Shown here in pieces: positions 1 through 10,655 of a DNA stretch of 64,000 nucleotides. The position numbers and the translations under genes were made by a program. The notes under the pieces were generated by a model, which saw only the letters and a list, made by a program, of their open reading frames with translations, ran no database searches and had not been told where the DNA came from. Location of the stretch: assembly GCA_051745145.1 (NCBI GenBank), contig JBNJDT010000004.1, positions 13,698 through 77,697 on the forward strand, written 5' to 3'. Each line of letters starts with the position of its first letter. Positions within the stretch are counted from its first letter, which is position 1. Source of the DNA: Elusimicrobiota bacterium (GTDB lineage Bacteria > CG03 > SLGR01 > JAGXOG01).

Positions 1-2750
1 GGTATAATGAGGGGGAAAATTTAGAAGAACTTATGCCCGAAGCTTTTGCCGTAGTCAGAGAAGTATGTCGCCGTAAAGTTGACATGCGCCACTTTAATGT
101 ACAGTTAAAAGGTGGAGCTGTGCTTTTTGAGGGTAATATTTCAGAAATGTCTACCGGTGAGGGAAAAACTCTTGTAGCTATTCTTCCGGCTTATCTTCAA
201 TCTATTTCCGGCACATCCGTTCATATTATAACTGTAAATGACTACCTAGCTAAAAGAGATGCTGAATGGATGGGACCGGCCTATAGATCTTTAGGAATGT
301 CCGTCGGTTTTGTCCAGAGCGACATGAAACCCCGGCAAAGAAAAGAAAATTATAATTCCGATGTAGTTTATATTACAAACAATGAAATAGGATTTGACTA
401 TTTGCGTGATAATATGGCCCGTTCCCCCGAGCAGCAGGTTCAGGGAAATTTGGAATACGCCATAATAGATGAGGTGGATAGCGTTCTTATAGACGAAGCC
501 AGGACACCGCTTATAATTTCAGGTCCATCCGGTAAATCTTCTGATAAATATCACAAAGTCCATAAGATAATGAAATATCTTAAAATCAGGTTTATTACGG
601 AAGACGAAGCTATAAACGAAAAGCACAAGTTTGAAGAATCCGGAAAAAAAGGGGATTACCGTGATGAACTTGAAAAAGATTATGATGCCATAATATATGA
701 AGATAAAAAAGATGCTCATCTTACTGAGCGGGGAACAAGAAAATGTGAGGAACTTTTGGATGTTAATCTGTTTGATGATGTGGGCGGGGAGTGGCTCCAT
801 CACATAAAACAGGCTTTAAAAGCAGAAGGGATGGATTCGGATACCGGTCACGGTCCGTTATTTAAAAAAGAAGATAATTATATCGTAAAGGACGGTAAAG
901 TCGTAATTGTAGATGAGTTTACCGGTCGGCTTATGCCTGGTCGAAGATGGTCAGATGGTTTACATCAGGCTGTAGAAGCTAAAGAGAATTTAAAGACAAA
1001 AAGAGAAAATCAAACTTTAGCCACTATAACTTTCCAAAATTTTTTTAATTTATACGATAAACTTGCCGGAATGACGGGAACGGCTCTTACAGAACAGGCT
1101 GAATTCCACGGTATTTATGATTTAAAGGTTTTTGCTATTCCCACCAATAAACCCTTGAAAAGAGAGGAGATGCCGGATTCCATATATCAGACTGAAGAGG
1201 AAAAATTTGAAGCAATAATTGAAGCAATAAAAAAATATCACCGGGAAGGGCGTCCGCTGCTGGTAGGGTCGCGCTCTATTGAAGTCAGCGAAAAAATTTC
1301 AGCCAGATTAAAAAGAAAGGGGATCAAGCACAATGTATTAAACGCTAAACATCATATGAGAGAAGCCGAAATTGTTGCTCAGGCCGGAAGGAAAGAAGCC
1401 GTAACAATATCCACTAATATGGCTGGAAGGGGTACAGATATTGTACTGGGCGGAAATCCGGATTATATGGCCCGACGAGAAATGGAAAGAAATGACTGGG
1501 AACACAATATTATTGTAAAAGCTGCCGAAAAAACTGCTCCGAAAACCGACGAGGAAGAAGAGGCGAAAAAAGTTTACAATAAATATTTTAAACAATTTAA
1601 AAAAGAGACCGATAGGGAGCATAAAGAAGTAGTGGAACTTGGTGGACTTCACGTAATAGGAACTGAACGCCATGAATCAAGACGTATAGATAATCAGCTC
1701 AGGGGAAGAGCGGGAAGACAGGGTGATCCCGGCTCGTCCAGATTTTATGTCTCACTTGAAGATGAATTGATGCGACTTTTCGGATCTGAAAAAATAACAA
1801 AAGCTATGGATACTTTAGGAGGACTCGATAGGGGTGAAAAAATTGAACATCCTCTCATATCTCGGGCTATAAGCCGTGCGCAAAAGAGGATTGAGGGGAT
1901 GAATTTTCAAATGAGAAAAAAGTTGCTCGAGTATGACAATGTTATGGATAAACAGAGAAAGTCAATATACTTCCATAGAAACCGATTATTGCGTGGAGAA
2001 CACATTGAGGAAGAACTGCTGGGGTTTATAGAAGATTATGTGGATATGATATTAGAGCAGACAAAAGAAGTGAAAAGGGGACGGGAACGAGTACAGAAAA
2101 AAATAGTTTCGGAAAAACAACATCCGGAACAGTGGGATACAGATTATATAGAGTCGGAATTGGTAAATACAATCGGATTGAATATAGATATAGATTCAGA
2201 TGATTTTATAAGTTCTAAGGTATACGGCTTAAGGAAAATGCTTGAAACTAAGATAAAAGAATTTTACAATATTCGCAAAAAAAAGATGGGGGAAGAGGAT
2301 TTAAAAGATATGGCTAGGGTAATAATGATACAGATAATTGATGCCAGATGGAAAGATCATCTTAGGGTGCTCGATCAGATTAAAGAATCAGTAACTTTTT
2401 CAGGATATGCCGGAAAAGATCCGATTATTGAATATAAACAGAAATCTTTTGAAGCTTTTACGAAACTAATGGATACCATTAAAAAAGAAGTTCTTATATA
2501 TTTGTTCAGAGCTTCCAGCGATGTTATAAATTCCCGTATTTCCGGCTATCAGGGTAAAGAAGTAAAACCTGAAGCAAAAACCCCCGACGCAGCTAATAAA
2601 GGCGATACCCCTCAAAATTTAAGCGGCGGTCGAAGCCGGGGACAGAATCAGAATAAAGTAAAACAGCGGGTAGTGGATAAAGATGTGGGACGCAATGATC
2701 CATGTCCGTGCGGCAGTGGAAAAAAATATAAACATTGCTGCGGCAGGTAA
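1..2750 (+). CDS. secA: Preprotein translocase ATPase SecA (N-terminus lies upstream of the window)
   Basis: Walker A MSTGEGKT, IIDEVDSVLIDEARTPLIISG, TNMAGRGTDI, GRAGRQGDPG and C-terminal SEC-C motif (GRNDPCPCGSGKKYKHCC). The frame is open upstream of ATG 33 (YNEGENLEELMPEAF), so the gene is truncated by the window edge. Confidence 0.97.
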   Translation, partial: YNEGENLEELMPEAFAVVREVCRRKVDMRHFNVQLKGGAVLFEGNISEMSTGEGKTLVAILPAYLQSISGTSVHIITVNDYLAKRDAEWMGPAYRSLGMSVGFVQSDMKPRQRKENYNSDVVYITNNEIGFDYLRDNMARSPEQQVQGNLEYAIIDEVDSVLIDEARTPLIISGPSGKSSDKYHKVHKIMKYLKIRFITEDEAINEKHKFEESGKKGDYRDELEKDYDAIIYEDKKDAHLTERGTRKCEELLDVNLFDDVGGEWLHHIKQALKAEGMDSDTGHGPLFKKEDNYIVKDGKVVIVDEFTGRLMPGRRWSDGLHQAVEAKENLKTKRENQTLATITFQNFFNLYDKLAGMTGTALTEQAEFHGIYDLKVFAIPTNKPLKREEMPDSIYQTEEEKFEAIIEAIKKYHREGRPLLVGSRSIEVSEKISARLKRKGIKHNVLNAKHHMREAEIVAQAGRKEAVTISTNMAGRGTDIVLGGNPDYMARREMERNDWEHNIIVKAAEKTAPKTDEEEEAKKVYNKYFKQFKKETDREHKEVVELGGLHVIGTERHESRRIDNQLRGRAGRQGDPGSSRFYVSLEDELMRLFGSEKITKAMDTLGGLDRGEKIEHPLISRAISRAQKRIEGMNFQMRKKLLEYDNVMDKQRKSIYFHRNRLLRGEHIEEELLGFIEDYVDMILEQTKEVKRGRERVQKKIVSEKQHPEQWDTDYIESELVNTIGLNIDIDSDDFISSKVYGLRKMLETKIKEFYNIRKKKMGEEDLKDMARVIMIQIIDARWKDHLRVLDQIKESVTFSGYAGKDPIIEYKQKSFEAFTKLMDTIKKEVLIYLFRASSDVINSRISGYQGKEVKPEAKTPDAANKGDTPQNLSGGRSRGQNQNKVKQRVVDKDVGRNDPCPCGSGKKYKHCCGR

Positions 2751-2757
2751 CTAGAAA

Positions 2758-4236
2758 TTGTTTGTTATATTGTCGGGCGTTTTATATGCCCTAATATTTC
2801 CTAAATTTAATTTTTCATTTCTATCTTTTTTTTTCCTTGTTCCCTTACTTTTATATATTTTTAAAAACCCATCAGAAAGTATAAAAAATATATTTTTTAA
2901 AAGCTGGATAGCCGGGACTATCTGTTATATAATACTTCTTTACTGGGTTTTTTATCCTTTGTGGCTTAGCGGGGCAGGAATTTTAGGAGCTAGTGCGGGT
3001 GTTTTTTTTCTGGCTTTGTACTTAGGTTTGTATTGGGCTGTTTTTGGCATATCTATTTACTATATAAAAAAAAATAGATTTCCCCTTCTTATATTTTTAA
3101 TTCCCGCATTCTGGATTTTTCTGGAATTTGTAAGAGCTCATTTATTATCCGGTTTTCCATGGCTTCTAGCCGGGTATTCATTATGGAAAATACCTTACTT
3201 AATACAGTTAGCCGATATAACCGGCGTTTACGGAATAAGTTTTTTAGTGGTCTTAATAAATACGGTAATTTCACTTACGATTTTTCGTAAATCTCTTAAA
3301 CCAGTTTTACGGGGAGTTCCGGTTTTTATTTTGGTCTCTTTTTATCCTTTTTTAGGGGGAAATGTGAATACTGGTTCCTCCCGCAGAATAAGTATTCTAC
3401 AGGGTAATATTTCTCAATATGAGAAGTGGAACTCCGATTATGAACAGAATATTTTGGATACATATAGGAATTTACATAAAAAAGCTGTTAAATTTAATCC
3501 CGAAATTATAGTATGGCCGGAGACATCTTTACCGGGAGTTTTACTCAGAGATTCCGATTTGGTAAATTATATGAGAGAACTTTCTGAAAATTCCGGAGCA
3601 GTTGAGATAGTAGGAAGTATGGAGCAGGACAGAGAAAGAATTTATAATAGTGCTTATTCTATTAAAAAAGGTAAAATATCTTCGCCCTATCGGAAGGTAC
3701 ATCTTACCCCTTTTGGGGAATTTATACCATTCAGATCGTTTTTCTCTCTTTTTATAGGGGTAGTAAACGAAATAGGAGATTTTCATTCCGGGGAAAATAT
3801 AGATATACTTCCAGCCGGCGATTTTCAGGCGGGTACGGCAATCTGTTTTGAAAGTATATTTCCCTATATAGCAAGAGAATTTTTTAAGCAGGGGGCACAA
3901 TTATATGTAAATATAACAAATGACGGCTGGTTTTTAGATTCTGCGGGACCAGAACAGCATTTTATTCATTCTGTCTTTCGTTCGGTTGAGAATAGAAAAT
4001 ATACCGTAAGAGCTGCTAATACTGGCATATCCGGTATAATATCTCCATTCGGAAAGATAAAACAGAGGACTGAATTGATGAAAGCGGAGGTTGTAAACGG
4101 TACCGTTTATACTTCCAATCAGAAGACATTTTACACAAAATATGGTGATGTTTTTGTCTATTTTTGTATAATAATACTACTAATAATTCCGGTTTTTTAT
4201 TCTTATAGTTCTGGAAAAATTTTAAAAGATATATGA
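2758..4236 (+). CDS. lnt: Apolipoprotein N-acyltransferase
   Basis: N-terminal TM helices with GFPW motif; CN-hydrolase triad motifs VWPET, K-HLTPFGE, ICFES; NITNDGWF; RAANTGIS. Confidence 0.95.
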   Translation: MFVILSGVLYALIFPKFNFSFLSFFFLVPLLLYIFKNPSESIKNIFFKSWIAGTICYIILLYWVFYPLWLSGAGILGASAGVFFLALYLGLYWAVFGISIYYIKKNRFPLLIFLIPAFWIFLEFVRAHLLSGFPWLLAGYSLWKIPYLIQLADITGVYGISFLVVLINTVISLTIFRKSLKPVLRGVPVFILVSFYPFLGGNVNTGSSRRISILQGNISQYEKWNSDYEQNILDTYRNLHKKAVKFNPEIIVWPETSLPGVLLRDSDLVNYMRELSENSGAVEIVGSMEQDRERIYNSAYSIKKGKISSPYRKVHLTPFGEFIPFRSFFSLFIGVVNEIGDFHSGENIDILPAGDFQAGTAICFESIFPYIAREFFKQGAQLYVNITNDGWFLDSAGPEQHFIHSVFRSVENRKYTVRAANTGISGIISPFGKIKQRTELMKAEVVNGTVYTSNQKTFYTKYGDVFVYFCIIILLIIPVFYSYSSGKILKDI

Positions 4237-4294
4237 AATTTTAATATGATTAATAATAAGGTTTATAGTGACTAAATAAAAAGAGGAGATAGTA

Positions 4295-5393
4295 ATGTTT
4301 GAAAAGCTTGCAGACAAACTTGGTAAACTCAAAGAAGATGTTGAAAATATAAGGGGGTATCTTTGAAATACCTGAAAAGAAAAAAAAATATAATAATTTA
4401 AAGAAAAAAACTACCAGCCCCGGTTTTTGGGATAATAATAAAAAAGCCCGGAAAATAATGAAGGAGTTTGATGAGGTTAAATCTGAGATTAAATTATATG
4501 AAAATTTGAAAGAAAATATTAATGAAATCAGTACTCTGATAGAGTTAGCCCGGGAAGAAAATGAAAAAAGTCTTAAAGAAGAGATAGAACAAAATTTACG
4601 AAAATTAGAAAAAGAAGTTAACAAAATTTCCTTCCGGTTAAAAATGTCCGGAAAAATGGATAAAAAAAGTGCAATATTATCCATATATGCTGGAGCGGGT
4701 GGGACAGAAGCCTGCGACTGGGTGGATATGTTAACCAGGATGTATAAACAATGGGCTTCTCAACATAATTATCCGGTGGATGTTGTGGAAGTTACGCCAG
4801 GGGATGAAGCCGGTTTAAAAAGTATAACGATGATAATAGATGGGGAATATGTTTATGGTTATTTAAAGGGAGAAGTGGGAGTGCACAGATTGGTAAGGAT
4901 TTCGCCGTTTGACTCCGGTGACCGGCGGCATACTTCTTTTGCCGCTTGTGATGTAACCCCTAAGATAGAAGATGATATCCAGGTAAATATAAATGAAAAT
5001 GATTTGAGAATTGATACTTACAGGGCATCCGGCCACGGAGGTCAGCATGTGAATAAAACTGATTCTGCGGTAAGAATAACTCACAAACCCACCGGTATAG
5101 TTGTTCAGTGTCAGGATTCTCCTTCCCAGCATACCAACCGGAAAAAAGCGCGTATGTTATTGAGAGCCAGATTGTATGAATATGAAAAAGATAGACGCCG
5201 GGAGGCCACTCAAAAAAAATATGACCAGAAGGGAGAAATAGGCTGGGGAAATCAGATACGTTCTTATGTTTTTATGCCCTATCAAATGGTGAGGGATCAC
5301 AGAACAGGATTAAAAGTGGGAAATATAGAAGCAGTAATGGACGGGGAGATAGATGAGTTTATAGAATCTTATCTTAACTATAAAGCAGAATAA
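4295..5393 (+). CDS. prfB: Peptide chain release factor 2, expressed by programmed +1 frameshift
   Basis: SD GAGGAG then ATG 4295; 23 codons ending AGG GGG TAT CTT TGA (4364-4366); +1 frame from 4365 is open into the ORF carrying SPF and GGQ motifs. Confidence 0.96.
4352..4367 (+). promoter_or_regulatory. prfB +1 frameshift cassette (internal SD AGGGGG + CTT TGA)
   Basis: AGGGGG-TAT-CTT-TGA-A matches the RF2 autoregulatory slippery site. Confidence 0.93.
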
Positions 5394-5409
5394 TAAAGTA
5401 AAAAATAGA

Positions 5410-5438
5410 TTGAATTTCTCAATAACAAATGCTATTAT
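5410..5438 (+). promoter_or_regulatory. Putative sigma70 promoter for the rhodanese gene
   Basis: TTGAAT-17 nt-TATTAT with extended -10 TG; overlapping TATAAT; SD AGGAGG follows. Confidence 0.5.
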
Positions 5439-5454
5439 AATTTAGGAGGATATT

Positions 5455-6201
5455 ATGGAAATAAAAAAAATATTGTTTTGTTTTTTTGTATTATTTCTTG
5501 TTATTTTTAACAGTTCATTTAGTTATGCTCAGGAAAAAGAAAAGCCTGTTCCCGAATATATTTCCTGCGAAGAACTTTACGGGAAAATTGAAGAGCTACG
5601 GCAAACAGATGATATATTTTCTACTGTTTTAATTGATTTACACCCACAAAAATACAAGATGGAACATATACCTTTTTCAATTCCTATGAATATTGAAGAT
5701 ATCCCTCTTCATATAGATAAATTTAAAAAATTTGAAGAAATAATTCTATATTGCCATTGTTCTAATCCTGAGTATGCTCTGTACGGTGCCGCAGCGATAA
5801 CCAGTTTTGGAATTGATAATGTTAAAGTTTTAAAAAATTTTGAAAGATGGCAGGCTGACTATTCCATGATAAAAAATCCGAGAAGTACTTTTCCTCCTGC
5901 GTATAAATATTTTTTAGAAAAATCAACAGATGATTTTGTAATGTATGACATACGAGACGGAAAAAAATTTAAAAAACAGCATATCAGTGGAGCTGAAAAT
6001 ATTGAGTACGAAGATTTAATTTCATCTGAAACTTATAAAGATATGCCTTCTAACAGAGTTAAAGTAATAGTTTCCAGTGACGGCATTAAAAGCGGTCAGG
6101 CTGTGGAATTTTTAAAAAATAAAGGGGTATCACATATTTTTAATTTACCGGGAGGAATTTTAAAATGGATAGAGGATGGGAAGCCGGTGAAAAGCGATTA
6201 A
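5455..6201 (+). CDS. Exported tandem rhodanese-domain protein
   Basis: Signal peptide (..SYA|QEK); two rhodanese-like repeats (EHIPFS..ILYCHC; YDIR..HISGA..NLPGGILKW); the second domain lacks the active-site Cys. Confidence 0.8.
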   Translation: MEIKKILFCFFVLFLVIFNSSFSYAQEKEKPVPEYISCEELYGKIEELRQTDDIFSTVLIDLHPQKYKMEHIPFSIPMNIEDIPLHIDKFKKFEEIILYCHCSNPEYALYGAAAITSFGIDNVKVLKNFERWQADYSMIKNPRSTFPPAYKYFLEKSTDDFVMYDIRDGKKFKKQHISGAENIEYEDLISSETYKDMPSNRVKVIVSSDGIKSGQAVEFLKNKGVSHIFNLPGGILKWIEDGKPVKSD

Positions 6202-6357
6202 ATTTAAATACTGGAAAAATTATTCGAGAATATTCATAATTACTTTAAAATTAATATTAAGACAAAATTTTGACATCCCTCCAAATAAAAAAAAGTTTTT
6301 CAGTTATGAATATAGCTAAAAACAATATAAATATTGACTACAACTTTCTAAAAGATT

Positions 6358-7425
6358 TTGATGATTATACATACTTCTGATTTACATATTAAAGAGGCAG
6401 GTGATGAGCGCTGGAAAGCCCTTAAAGAAATTTTAAAAATTTCAGAGGAAAGGAAAGCAAAAGTTTTTGTTATAAGTGGTGATCTTTTTGATAAAGATGT
6501 TAGTGCCCGAAAATTAAAAGTTAAATTACGGAAACTTTTTTCCGATACCCCGTTTCAAATTATCATACTCCCCGGCAATCACGACTCAAGTTCATTCAAA
6601 CCGGGGCTAAATTTTGGCAGTCGGGTTACTTTACTTACGGATTTTAAAAACCCGGTTGTATTGGAAAATGAGAAATTAAGGATATGGGGGTTGCCATTTG
6701 AGGATATAGATGAAGTTGATATTATCGATCGATTAAAGATCCTAAAAGAGAAAATACCAGATGATAATTTTTGCAATGTTTTACTCTACCACGGTCAGCT
6801 TATAGCTGGCGGTTACAGATACAATGATTTTGGTAAAGAGGGCAGAAAAAAATATATGCCCGTTAAACTTTCTGATTTTGAAGGGTTAAAAATTAATTAT
6901 GTTCTGGGGGGACATTACCATACAAATTTTAGAAAACATGAGTATTCTGAGGGAGAGTATTTTATCTACCCCGGTTCTCCGGTTCCGGTAACCCGCAAAG
7001 AAACCGGTAAAAGGTATGTTGATTTTATAAAACCGGGGGACCAACCCAAAAAAATAGAGGTGCCCGGGCATTACTATAAAAATGTAGAAATAACACTTGA
7101 TCCGGAAGGAGAAAGCCAGGTAAAACAAAAAATAAAAACTACCTTGGAAAAAATTTCCGGGAATGTAAAACTTATTCTAGAAGTAAATGGTTATATAACC
7201 GGTGAAAAAATAACAGAAGTGGAACTGGAAGATTTTACCCGTAAACAGGCAAAAAACCAGGTTGATTTAGTGGAATTGAAGTTCAGAGTAGATGACATAG
7301 GGGAAGTTCTAACCGATGATTTATACCGTAAATTTATCAAAAAATTAGATGAAAAAAATTTACCTTCTCAAAAGAAAAAAAAGGTCAAAGAATTAGTTAT
7401 AAAATCGATGAGAGAGGTACTGTAA
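6358..7425 (+). CDS. SbcD/Mre11/YhaO-like DNA repair metallophosphoesterase
   Basis: HTSDLH, SGDLFD, PGNHD, GGHYH, YPGSP motifs. Confidence 0.9.
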   Translation: MMIIHTSDLHIKEAGDERWKALKEILKISEERKAKVFVISGDLFDKDVSARKLKVKLRKLFSDTPFQIIILPGNHDSSSFKPGLNFGSRVTLLTDFKNPVVLENEKLRIWGLPFEDIDEVDIIDRLKILKEKIPDDNFCNVLLYHGQLIAGGYRYNDFGKEGRKKYMPVKLSDFEGLKINYVLGGHYHTNFRKHEYSEGEYFIYPGSPVPVTRKETGKRYVDFIKPGDQPKKIEVPGHYYKNVEITLDPEGESQVKQKIKTTLEKISGNVKLILEVNGYITGEKITEVELEDFTRKQAKNQVDLVELKFRVDDIGEVLTDDLYRKFIKKLDEKNLPSQKKKKVKELVIKSMREVL

Positions 7426-9743
7426 TGGATATAAAGGAATTTGCAATAACTTCTTACGGTCCTCTAAAAGTTCCCCGGCCTGTTAAAACCGGAAAGTTTA
7501 ATCTAATATTTGGTTCTAACGAGAGCGGTAAGTCACTGCTTTTAGATGCCCTGGTAAAATTGATGCTTGATAAAAAGGTAAATGCTTCTCCGAAGGGAAC
7601 AAATGCCCGATTTTTCCAAAATATAGATAGGGTGGATGAATTTCCCGAGGGATACGTTAGATTAAAATTAAATGGGAAAGAGTTTAAATTACCAGAGGCA
7701 GGGAATTTAAAAGAGTTAACCGGTCTCCAGCCGGGAGATTGTTCAAATATATTTTTCGTAAGAAATAGCGAATTGTCCCTTTTTGAAAAAGGGGATAGGA
7801 AATATTTTGAAAATGTTACTGACCGGCTTACCGGGATAAGAATTAACGAGATTGCAAAAATCCTTGAAAAAATAAGAGAAAGAGCTCATGTAACCCCTGG
7901 ATACAATTTGCAAAATAGAAAAGAAAGTAATCACCTAAAAGATCGCTGGGAAAAAGCAAAAGAGTGTCTGGAGCAAATTGAAGAATTTGAAGAAAAAGCA
8001 AAGACCGAGGAACTCTATAATATTGAAGAGAGATTGCAGAAAGTAAGAAAAGATATAAAAATGAAGCACAATAAAATGGATAAACTTTATGCTGCTCGTA
8101 AGAGAGAAGATTATAAAACTCTCCACAAAAACCTTAAAAAATACAGGGAGAACATAAAAAAAGAAAAAGAGTATGAAAAAATTAGCCGTCAGGATTTTAG
8201 CAGGTGGAAAAAATATAAAGAGCGTATTGAAGAACTCCAAGAGGATAAACGAAAAATTTGGAAAAAAATAGAGAAATTAAAAGAAGAAGTCAAAAAATTA
8301 ACGGATCCCTTAATAAAAGCAGAGCAAGAAAAAGAAAATTTAAAAAAAGATATAGAATATATTAATGAGAATATCCGTCCGGAAATAAAAAAGTTCGAAG
8401 AAATTGGTCGCCGATTCCCCACCAGTAAGACGGTTAAAAGGTTTTTGACCCTGATATCTGTATTTTTTGGGATGACGGTATTGTTTTTTATTGCTTTTCA
8501 CTGGCCGGTCTCTTATATTATAGTTCCTCTTATAATAATACTGACGGGGATTTTAAAACCAGTTATAAAAGAACACAAGTTGTCACAATGTCTTTACGAT
8601 GTTAATAATCTTTTATCTCCTATGGGCTTAAGTGGAGATACAATTGATGAAATAAAACAGAATATTAAAATATATAAAGATAAACTGGATAATGTCGTAA
8701 AAAAGCACAGGGAGTTAAATAGAGAAAAAAGTAATAGGGAACGGGATATAGAGAGATTTTCTACTGAAGATATCCCCGAAATAGATAAGAAAATTAAAGA
8801 AAATAAGAAAAAAGTTAAAAAGATAAAGCAAAAATCTGCTACAGACCGGTTAGAAAACTATCAGAAAAAGTTGAAAAAAAAAGAAGAAATAAGCCGTGAG
8901 GCCAGTGAGGCCCGAACAGTTCTTAAATCCCGGCTTTCAGGTCCGCCACCGGAGGACAGGATTGATTGGTGGGAAGAAAAATTAGAAGAGCTTGAACCCT
9001 ATAAGGATAGCTCTAAAGACTTTGAATACAGCGAAAGACGGGAATCCGAAATTAAGAATGAAATAGATAAATTAAATCAAAAGCTTGAAGATACGGAGTC
9101 ACAATATAAAGAAATCATTACCGTATTGGATGAGATAGAAGGAGAAATTAGTGATATACTCAGTCCAGAAAATGTAGAAATTCCTCCCTGCCGGAATTTG
9201 ACAGACCTGCCGGATGTCGAAAAAGTTCTGGAAGATTTTAGAACTGAATATGAAGACAAACGGGAACAGGCAAAGATAGCAGAAGAAATTTTTAAACAGA
9301 TAGAGAAAGGAGAACGCAGTAAGATAGAAGACCTTTTTGGAGTGGATAGTAGTATCACGGCTAATTTTAAAAATATTACTTCAACGGGATACAAATCCGT
9401 AAATTACAGTAAAGAAGATAATACAATAAGATTATTAACAGCAGCTGAAAAAGAACTTGTTCCAGAACAGCTTTCCGGGGGCACTTTTGATCAACTCTAT
9501 TTTTCTATACGCATCTCTTTAGGAGAAAAACTTTTAGGAGAGAACCCTGGCTTTTTTATTATGGATGATCCTTTTATAAAATCCGATAAACAGCGGCTTG
9601 AAAAACAGATAGAGATGTTAAAAAATATCACCAAGAGAGGATGGCAGATATTTTATTTTAGCGCTAAAAATGAGGTAAGAGAAGCAGTGGGTAAAATTTT
9701 CGGCCGCAAAAATTATATTGAAATAGCACCACCAGGTATTTAA
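7425..9743 (+). CDS. SbcC/Rad50/YhaN-like coiled-coil ABC ATPase with an internal hydrophobic hairpin
   Basis: Walker A GSNESGKS, long coiled coils, signature LSGGT, Walker B IMDDPF; translationally coupled (TAATG) to the nuclease gene. Confidence 0.85.
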   Translation: MDIKEFAITSYGPLKVPRPVKTGKFNLIFGSNESGKSLLLDALVKLMLDKKVNASPKGTNARFFQNIDRVDEFPEGYVRLKLNGKEFKLPEAGNLKELTGLQPGDCSNIFFVRNSELSLFEKGDRKYFENVTDRLTGIRINEIAKILEKIRERAHVTPGYNLQNRKESNHLKDRWEKAKECLEQIEEFEEKAKTEELYNIEERLQKVRKDIKMKHNKMDKLYAARKREDYKTLHKNLKKYRENIKKEKEYEKISRQDFSRWKKYKERIEELQEDKRKIWKKIEKLKEEVKKLTDPLIKAEQEKENLKKDIEYINENIRPEIKKFEEIGRRFPTSKTVKRFLTLISVFFGMTVLFFIAFHWPVSYIIVPLIIILTGILKPVIKEHKLSQCLYDVNNLLSPMGLSGDTIDEIKQNIKIYKDKLDNVVKKHRELNREKSNRERDIERFSTEDIPEIDKKIKENKKKVKKIKQKSATDRLENYQKKLKKKEEISREASEARTVLKSRLSGPPPEDRIDWWEEKLEELEPYKDSSKDFEYSERRESEIKNEIDKLNQKLEDTESQYKEIITVLDEIEGEISDILSPENVEIPPCRNLTDLPDVEKVLEDFRTEYEDKREQAKIAEEIFKQIEKGERSKIEDLFGVDSSITANFKNITSTGYKSVNYSKEDNTIRLLTAAEKELVPEQLSGGTFDQLYFSIRISLGEKLLGENPGFFIMDDPFIKSDKQRLEKQIEMLKNITKRGWQIFYFSAKNEVREAVGKIFGRKNYIEIAPPGI

Positions 9744-9830
9744 AGAATTCATATTTTTAAAACGGTATTTTCTTATAAAAGGGTAAATTTTGTAGTAATG
9801 GTATTAATTTTTAAAGGAGGTTAAAAAGTT

Positions 9831-10304
9831 ATGTCTAATATTCTAATTATTTATTTTTCAAAATCCGGAAATACAGAAAAGATGGCTCAATATGTTGAAA
9901 AAGGCGTAAGGGAAATTACTTCGGAAGTAACTATCCAAAAAGCACAAGATGTATTGAGTGAAAATTTAATAGAATATGATGGAATAATTATTGGGTCACC
10001 TACATATTATGGTCTTCCTGCTTCAGAGATTAAAAAATTATTGGATAAAAGTGTGAAATTCCATGGAAAATTGGATGGTAAAATAGGAGGAGCATTCGCG
10101 TCCTCTGCCAATACCGGTGGTGGAAACGAAACAACCCTGCTGTCCATACTTGAAGCGTTGCTTATTCACGGGATGATAATTAAGGGGACTTCAAAAGGTG
10201 ATCACTACGGTCCTGTTTCTATAGGAGCACCGGATGATAGAGTGAAAAGACAGTGTAAATCTTTGGGGAAAAGAGTAGCATTATTAGCTAATAAAATAAA
10301 GTAA
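9831..10304 (+). CDS. Flavodoxin / WrbA-like NAD(P)H-dependent FMN oxidoreductase
   Basis: YFSKSGNTEKMA, GSPTYYG, GGGNETT. Confidence 0.88.
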   Translation: MSNILIIYFSKSGNTEKMAQYVEKGVREITSEVTIQKAQDVLSENLIEYDGIIIGSPTYYGLPASEIKKLLDKSVKFHGKLDGKIGGAFASSANTGGGNETTLLSILEALLIHGMIIKGTSKGDHYGPVSIGAPDDRVKRQCKSLGKRVALLANKIK

Positions 10305-10440
10305 ATACTACTTGTAAAGAACAAGTTGTTTTTTAGCGGTATTTAATTATTATAATATACTGTAGATGTACAAAAAAATAACTATTGTAGAAATAATTTA
10401 ACTGTTATACTAGGGATAATAAAAATTTAGGAGGCAATCT

Positions 10441-10650
10441 ATGAGGGAATGTAATATAGAAAAAAATAAGTCGATATGTAATTGTTCATATGAACCGTGT
10501 TCAAGAAAGGGGGTGTGTTGTGAATGTATAGTGTATCATAAAAAAATGGGTGAATTACCGGCTTGTTTCTTTCCCGATGATGTTGAGAAAACCTATGACC
10601 GTTCGGTGGGAAATTTTATATCTACATATCAAAAACGGGGAGAGTTTTAA
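10441..10650 (+). CDS. Small Cys-rich protein (DUF6485-like)
   Basis: [33 protein letters not shown] pattern; SD AGGAGG. Confidence 0.7.
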   Translation: MRECNIEKNKSICNCSYEPCSRKGVCCECIVYHKKMGELPACFFPDDVEKTYDRSVGNFISTYQKRGEF

Positions 10651-10655
10651 AAAAA

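Noticed and set aside
4295..4460. prfB as a frameshifted pseudogene
   Set aside because: The break is at the known programmed +1 frameshift motif
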